Below are positions 63,364 through 64,000 of a DNA stretch of 64,000 bases, piece after piece. The stretch is taken from contig CM060731.1 of the NCBI GenBank assembly GCA_030704615.1, positions 74,400,001-74,464,000 on the forward strand. Reading direction: 5' to 3'. The notes beneath the pieces are model-generated. The model saw nothing but the letters and a program-made list of their open reading frames with translations, did not search any database and was not told the DNA's origin. Source of the DNA: Takakia lepidozioides. Taxonomy: Eukaryota > Plantae > Bryophyta. Each line of letters opens with the position of its first letter. Positions within the stretch are counted from its first letter, which is position 1. The translations under genes and the position numbers were made by a program.

Positions 63364-64000
63364 CTCTGCTAGCAGCCCCAAGAAAACCAGCTGCAGCCAA
63401 GTCAATGCCACAAAATCTGGTCAGATTCCAATAAGTGGATAGATGATGTAGCACTCATTGCCCATTCCCTGTCAACATTGGACATACCCTTGTGCACAGT
63501 TCCTGCACAATACTAAGTCCTCCGGGAGCTGGTTGTGTGGTTTCAGCCCACTGATGAGATAGAGAGAGAAAAAAAACTCTCTATGACATCCATTGAAGGA
63601 CCTGAGGGGAATGGGTCAAAGAAACAATGAAGAGAGAGAGAGAAAGAGAGAGAGTACACTACTGCAGGTATGTACATGAGTAGATAGTCTTAATCGAAGC
63701 TCACTCACGCTTTGTTTCCTATGTTAGAAGGAGACGGTCAGTAATATGCTGACCAAACAACCAGGATTGTGTTGCACCTGTAGACCCATAACAAGGAGCT
63801 CAGCACAGAGGACATAGCTTGGAGTTGCATTGGAAAGGGCCATTCCATAGCCCCAAGTCCGGGCTGCAGTTATCAGTGACCAGCTTGCAAAGACACCTGC
63901 AAAGAAGGATCCAACAATACAGAGGGCTCCCAGAAAACCCATCAGGCGCATGGGCCGGTCCCTGAATTGAATCCAGAAACACAGCATTGTGAGGTCGAGT
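63364..64000 (-). CDS. 3' exons of a putative GT2 polyprenol-phosphate glycosyltransferase-like (ArnC/GtrB-type) membrane protein, partial
   Basis: LDLTMLCFWIQFRDRPMRLMGFLG, TM, ..LLVMGLQ|GT (exon ends 63778), plus a 27-nt AG/GT-bounded exon LVFLGLLAE (63390-63364). Together these match the RP-TM-TM-GxQ..GLLAE tail of this family. The catalytic domain is outside the window. Confidence 0.5.

Overview
Eukaryotic, TE-dense window, most likely from a seed-free land plant (SPL7-type SBP gene, PLS/DYW-PPR remnants, squalene-hopene cyclase fragment). The main system is two independent insertions (5330-17293 minus; 33914-42991 plus) of a Ty3/Gypsy-like retrotransposon, plus a third 5' end at 34972. 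It encodes Gag(2 CCHC)-protease-DNMT3-like C5 cytosine methyltransferase, then a conserved leaky UAG-CAA-CCA stop, then RT-RNaseH-DDE integrase-PHD finger. Instead of two LTRs it has split direct repeats (A1-internal-PPT-B1-gc-A2-B2), with an internal palindromic GACA-GC-TGTC att junction, 4-bp TSDs and a covarying self-priming site. This layout is what a 2-LTR circle would leave if integrase opened it at an att site inside the LTR (inference). Copy 1 sits in an L1-type LINE, which lies between ~1.2-kb inverted repeats, and its leader carries an antisense squalene-hopene cyclase fragment. Copy 2 sits in a PPR-DYW pseudogene next to OSB-type PDF-motif exons. Also present: non-autonomous CACTA elements, an RLE-type LINE fragment and 3' exons of a bacterial-like GT2 membrane glycosyltransferase. 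All calls were made by eye; no database searches were run.
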